A stretch of 64,000 bases of DNA from NCBI GenBank assembly GCA_038087875.1, contig CM075991.1:14138001-14202000 (forward strand), read 5' to 3'. Positions within the stretch are counted from its first letter, which is position 1; each line of letters starts with the position of its first letter. Both the position numbers and the translations under genes were made by a program. Origin of the DNA: Malacoraja senta. Lineage: Eukaryota. Positions 59,064 through 64,000 of this stretch are shown piece after piece. A model generated the notes under the pieces. It made no database searches. It saw nothing but the letters and a program-made list of their open reading frames with translations, and was not told the DNA's origin.

Positions 59064-59724
59064 CCTCTTGTCTCTTGTGCAGAGGTACAGTGGGCACAGG
59101 CTTTACAATGTCTGTGTCACAGCACCATAACAGGCGATTCGGCCCATCGTGTCCCTGCTGACCCATCTGTGCTCACCCCAGTTTCAGGAAAACCTAAAAG
59201 TCAAGAGTGTTTTTGTTGCCACATGCACTGAAACGGAACAATGAAATTCTTACTTGCAGGTCTGTAAACGCCGTACTCAATAGATAACAAACATAAAAGT
59301 GGAGTTTAATAAATAATTTTTAAAAATCTAAATTGTAAAAAAACAAAACAAGACCTAGTGCAATTAAAGCAGTTCATAGAAACAAGGAACTGCAGATGCT
59401 GGTTAACACGCAAAGGACACAAAGTGCTGGAGTAACTTAGCAGGTCAGGCAGCATCTCTAGAGAACATGGATAAGAGACGTTTCAGGTCCGAAGAAGGGT
59501 CTCAACCCGAAACGCTGTATATCCGTGTTCTCCAGAGTTGCTGCCCGACCTGCTGAGTTACGCCAGCTCATAGGCAGCTCATAGTTCAGAGTTTAGTTGG
59601 AGTTCATAGCCTGGTGGCAGTTGGGAAGAAGCTGCTCCTGAACCGGGATGTTACGTTTTTCAGGCTCCTGTATCTGGTACAAGGACTCCAGCACTTGGCC
59701 CATGGTCCTCGATACCTTGATTGG

Positions 59725-60047
59725 CCGGCACGGTGGCACAGCGGTATAGTTATTGCCTTACAGCACCAGGGACCCGGGTTCGATCCTGACCACGGGTGCT
59801 GTCTGTGTGGAGTTTGTACATTCGCCCCGTGGCCGCGCGGGTTTCCTCCGGGTGCTCCAGTTCCCTCCCACATACCAAAGACCTACAGGTTTGTAGGTTA
59901 ATTGGCTTGGTCTAAATGTACAATGTAAACGTAGAAATAACTGCCTTCGGTAAAATTGTCTATTGTCCCTAGTGTGTTAGTGTGTGGGGATCGCTGATGG
60001 GCTGAAGGGCCTGTTTCCATGCTGTATCTTTAAACTAAACTAAACTA
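59725..60047 (+). mobile_element. V-SINE
   Basis: A box, B box, V-domain and (aaact)n tail. Confidence 0.85.
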
Positions 60048-60074
60048 AAAGAGGGAGGCTGTGCCGTTGGCAAG

Positions 60075-60441
60075 GGTGCAGGAGTAGGCCATTCGGCCCT
60101 TCGAGCCAGCACCGCCATTCAATACGAACCCCGTTCCTGCTTTCTCCCCATATCCCTTGATTCCGTTAGCCCTAAGAGCTAAATCTAACTCTTGAATAGA
60201 TCCAGTGAATTGGTTTCCACTGCCTTCTGTGGCAGAGAATTCCACAGATTCACAATTCTCTGGGTGAAAAGGTTTTTCCTCTTCTCAGTCCTAAATGCCC
60301 CTACCTCTTATTCTTAAACTGTGTGACCCCTGGTTCTGGACTCCCCCAACATGGGGAATATTTTTCCTGCATCGAGCCTGTCCAATCCCTTAAGAATTTT
60401 ATATGTTTCTATAAGAATCCCTCTCATCCTTCTAAATTCTA
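60075..60441 (-). mobile_element. CR1 3' fragment
   Basis: LEFRRMRGILIETYKILKGLDRLDAGKIFPMLGESRTRGH. Confidence 0.86.
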
Positions 60442-60586
60442 AAGAGATCGGAGTCTGTAAGGGGCGGGGGGGGGGGGGGGGAGTGTCCCTTGTTGCTGAA
60501 GGCTGCAACCTCTGTGACTGTCCCATCACTGTGCAGCAGAACAGCGACTGTGCCAATCACCTTGAGACCTGCCACAGGGCTTTATT

Positions 60587-61200
60587 CTAGTTTAGTTTAT
60601 TGTCACGTGTACCGAGGTACAGTGAAATGCTTTTGCTGCGCGCTATCCAGTCAGCGGAAAGACAATACATGATTACAGTCGTGCAAATGTACAGACACAT
60701 GATAAAGGGAATAAAATGTAGTGCAAGGTTAAGCCAGCTAAGTCCAACCTGTGAGTTAGATAGTAGCTCAGCACTGCTCTCTGGTTGTGGTTGGATGGTT
60801 CAGTTGCCTAATAACAGCTGGGAAGAAACTGTCCCTGAATTTGGAGGTGTGCGTTCGTTGCTTCTTGCCTGATGGGAGAGGGGAGAAGAGGGAGTGGCCA
60901 GTGTGCGACTCATCCTTGATGATGCTGCTGTCTTTGCCGAGGCAGCGTGAAGTGTAGATGGAGTCAATAGAAGGGAGTAGACGAAAAGAAGTCTGAAGAA
61001 GGATCTCAACCCGAAACATCACCCATTCCTTCTCTCCAGAGTTGCTGAGTTACTCCAGCATGTTGTGTCTATCAATAGAAGGGAGGTTGGTTTGTGTGAC
61101 GGTCTGGGCTGCGTCCACAATTCGCTGCAATTTCTTGCGGTCTTGGGGTGGAGGTGTTCCCAAACCAAGCTGTGATGCGTACTGATAAAATGCTTTCTAT
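60587..61200 (-). mobile_element. Rex1/Babar fragment with nested PLE end (14-bp TSD tcaatagaagggag)
   Basis: IESILSVRITAWFGN..KKLQRIVDAAQT..SIDSIYTSRCLGK. TSD at 60964-60977 and 61072-61085. Confidence 0.85.
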
Positions 61201-61642
61201 TAGTGGTTTGCGTAAACCAGCGTTCCGCGGACTCACATGACACTGCCCGGCTCCCCCTGTGAACAAACATCCTTTATCTCTCACTAGTTTTGGGACTACT
61301 TTGACGGGGAAAGTTAAGGTTATGAGAAATCCGAGATAAACATGTTAAGAAGGCTGTCTGTTGTTGTGTGAATGTAGAGAGGTGGTGGCCAGGTGGGGGG
61401 GGGGGGGGGTAGCTGGAACAAGAATGGGACTCTCGGTGGGGTTATGGAGGCTTTGAATGCAGCTTTGCGAGCTGTTTATCCACTGGACTTCCTCCAGCCA
61501 TTGTTCCGGCTAGGATGGCAATCGAGGCCGGAAGCTGCGACTTCAATCCTCCACTGTACATAACTAAGCATGCCGAGGATAGACACACAATGCTGGAGTC
61601 ACTCAGCGGGACAGGCAGCACCTTTGGGGAGAAGGAATGGGT

Positions 61643-61670
61643 GACGTTTCGGGTCGAGACCCTTCTTCAG
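61643..61670 (-). ncRNA. Minimal hammerhead ribozyme core (subfamily A)
   Basis: Exact reverse complement of CTGAAGAAGGGTCTCGACCCGAAACGTC. Confidence 0.6.
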
Positions 61671-61754
61671 GCTCCCCACCCCGCCAACCCCCCTCTGACC
61701 TCTGCATGTAACGCAGAGCGCGTTGACTGGGTTAATAGCTGCACAAACATGTGT

Positions 61755-62035
61755 TGGTGGCGCAGCGGTAGAGTTGCTGCCTCACAGAGCCAGGGTCCCG
61801 GGTTCGATCCTGACCACGGGTGCTGTCTGTGTGGAGTTTGTACGTTCTCCCCGTGACCTGCGTAGGTTTTCTCCGAGATCTCCGGTTTCCTCCCACACTC
61901 CAAGGACGTGCAGGTTTGTATATTAATTAGCTTGGTTTTATTGTAAATTGTCCCTCGTGTGTGTAGGATAATGCTAGTGTGCTGGTTGGCGCAGACTCCG
62001 TGGGCCGAAGGGCCTGTATCTCTAAACTAAACTAA
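61755..62035 (+). mobile_element. V-SINE
   Basis: Head, V-domain and tail. Confidence 0.85.
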
Positions 62036-62084
62036 CATACATTCTGAAAGGGGCAGTTTAGTTTAGTTCAAATGCTTAGGAAGG

Positions 62085-62558
62085 TCATAAGGAATAGGAG
62101 TAGAATTAGGCCGTTCGGCCCATCAAGTCTACTCCACGATTCAATGTTCAAGGAGGAACTGCAGATGCTGGAAAATCGAAGGTAGACAAAAATGCTGGAG
62201 AAACTCAGCGGGTGAGGCAGCATCTATGTGTGGACAAAATGGGTATTCAATCATGGCTGATCTATCTCTCCCTCCTAACCCCACTCTCCTGCCTTCCCCC
62301 CATAACCTCTGACACCCGTACTAATCAAGAATCTATCTATCTCTACCTTAAAAATATCCACTGACTTGGCCTCCACATCCTTCTGTGGCAAAGAATTCCA
62401 CAGATTCACCACCCTCTGACTAAAGAAATTCCTCCTCATCTCCTTCCGAAAAGAACGTCCCTTTAATTCTGAGGCTATGTATGACCTCTTGTCCTAGACT
62501 CTCCCACTAGTGGAAACATCCTCTCCACATCCACTCTATCCAAGCCTTTCACTATTCT
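62085..62558 (-). mobile_element. CR1 3' fragment with nested PLE piece
   Basis: RIVKGLDRVDVERMFPLVGESRTRG on the minus strand. Confidence 0.82.
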
Positions 62559-62561
62559 GCT

Positions 62562-62948
62562 GGGAACTGCAGATGCTGGTTTACACTGAAGATAGACACA
62601 AAAAACTGGAGTAACTCAGTGGGACAGGCAGCATCTGTGGAGAACACGGACAGGTGACGTTTCGGGTCGAGACTCTTCTTCAGACAGAGTCAGGGGAGAG
62701 TGAAACAAGAGCTGTGAAAGGGTACAAAGAACAAATGAATAAAAGATGTGCCCAAGAACAAGCCAGCAACGATGATCAGGAAAAGGCAGAGCGCACAATG
62801 GTCTATTGTTGGCTGTGGAAGTGAAAGTCAGCAGGACGACAGTGAAACTATTACGATGACTAGGGTGGCGGGGAGGGACGGAGAGAGGGGACGCAAGGGT
62901 TACTTGAAGTTAGAGAAATCAATATTCATACCGCTGGGTTGTAAGCTG
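62562..62948 (-). mobile_element. Penelope-like element 3' end (GIY-YIG stop, UTR, HHR, terminus)
   Basis: SLQPSGMNIDFSNFK* followed by the UTR, an HHR core at 62683-62656 and the terminal ccagcatctgcagttcc. Confidence 0.82.
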
Positions 62949-63399
62949 AGTTTAGTTTGGTGTCACGTGTACCGATGTACAGTGGAAAGCTTTTGTTGCG
63001 TGCTAACCAGTCAGTGGAAAGACAATACATGATTACAATCGATCCATCCACAGTCTACAGGGTGGAAATGTAAACGGCTAGAGGGCATCGTTTTAAGATG
63101 AAAGGTTAAGTTTAAAGGAGATAAGTGGGGCAAGGCTTTACACAAAGAGGTGGGTGCCTTGAACGCGCTATCAGGGGTGATGGTGATGTTTAAGACTCTT
63201 TTAGATGGGCCCATAAATATGGGGGGATATGAATCAATGCAGAGATGAATAGTTCATCTTGACATCATGTTTGGCACTAACATCGTGGGCCAAAAGACTT
63301 CTTCCTGTGCTCTACTATTCAAAGTATTGTTTTACGTTCCATCTGAGCTGGTCCCATTTGTCCCAGCCGTTCTATCCTGTTCTATCCACGAACCTGTCC

Positions 63400-64000
63400 A
63401 ATAGACAATAGACAATAGGTGCAGGAGTAGGCCATTCGGCCCTTCGAGCCAGCACCGCCATTCAATGTGATCATGGCTGATCATCCCCAATCAGTACCCT
63501 GTTCCTGCCTTCTTCCCATATCCCCTGACTCCGCTATCTTTAAGAGCACTATCTAGCTCTCCCTTGAAAGTATCCTGAGAACCGGCCTCCACCGCCCTCT
63601 GAGGCAGAGAATTCCACAGACACAACTCTCTGTGAGAAAAGGTCTTTCCTCGTCTCCGTTCTAAATGGCTTACTCCTTATTCTGAAACTGTGGCCCCTGG
63701 TTCTGGACTCCCCCAACATCGGGAACATGTTTCCTGCCTCATGTTATCCAACTTTCTTATTGAAACATATAAGATTATTATATTATATTATGTTACGCTA
63801 GTGTCCAAACCCTTAATAATATTATATGTTTCAATAAGATCCTCTCTCATCCTTTTAAACTCCAGAGTATACAAGCCCAGCCGCTCCATTCTATCAACAT
63901 ATGATAGTCCCGCCATCCCGGGAATTAACCTTGTAAACCTACGCTGCACTCCCTCAATAGCAAGAATGTCCTTCCTCAAATTAGGGGACCAAAACTGCAC
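63400..64000 (-). mobile_element. CR1 3' fragment (runs off the window)
   Basis: QFWSPNLRKDILAIEGVQRRFTRLIPG...; (ctattgt)n tail. Confidence 0.9.

Overview
Vertebrate nuclear DNA from a cartilaginous fish, most likely a skate or ray. This assignment is inferred from the repeat repertoire, which I recognised from memory and did not confirm by search. The window is intronic or intergenic and mostly transposon-derived. It holds many 5'-truncated CR1 (HER1-like) LINE 3' ends, tRNA-derived V-SINEs (HE1-like), Rex1/Babar and Tx1 fragments, one young 5'-truncated L1 with a 17-bp TSD, a 237-bp solo LTR, a Harbinger-like MITE and several micro/minisatellites. There is one 200-N assembly gap. I cannot identify a host protein-coding gene; only short unassigned candidate exons are visible. 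Four items stand out. (1) Dozens of Penelope-like element (PLE) 3' ends, often as fold-back palindromes flanked by TSDs, carry a minimal hammerhead ribozyme core with covarying stems. (2) A complete 2,983-bp TA-targeting IS630-like DD35E DNA transposon has a transposase gene split by two GT-AG introns and an expanded 24-bp repeat encoding PRLRGGHG. (3) A 650-750 bp non-tRNA, Rex1-tailed SINE-like family has a fixed 5' end. (4) Several minisatellites were seeded inside transposons. Repeat boundaries are approximate unless TSD or TIR coordinates are given.
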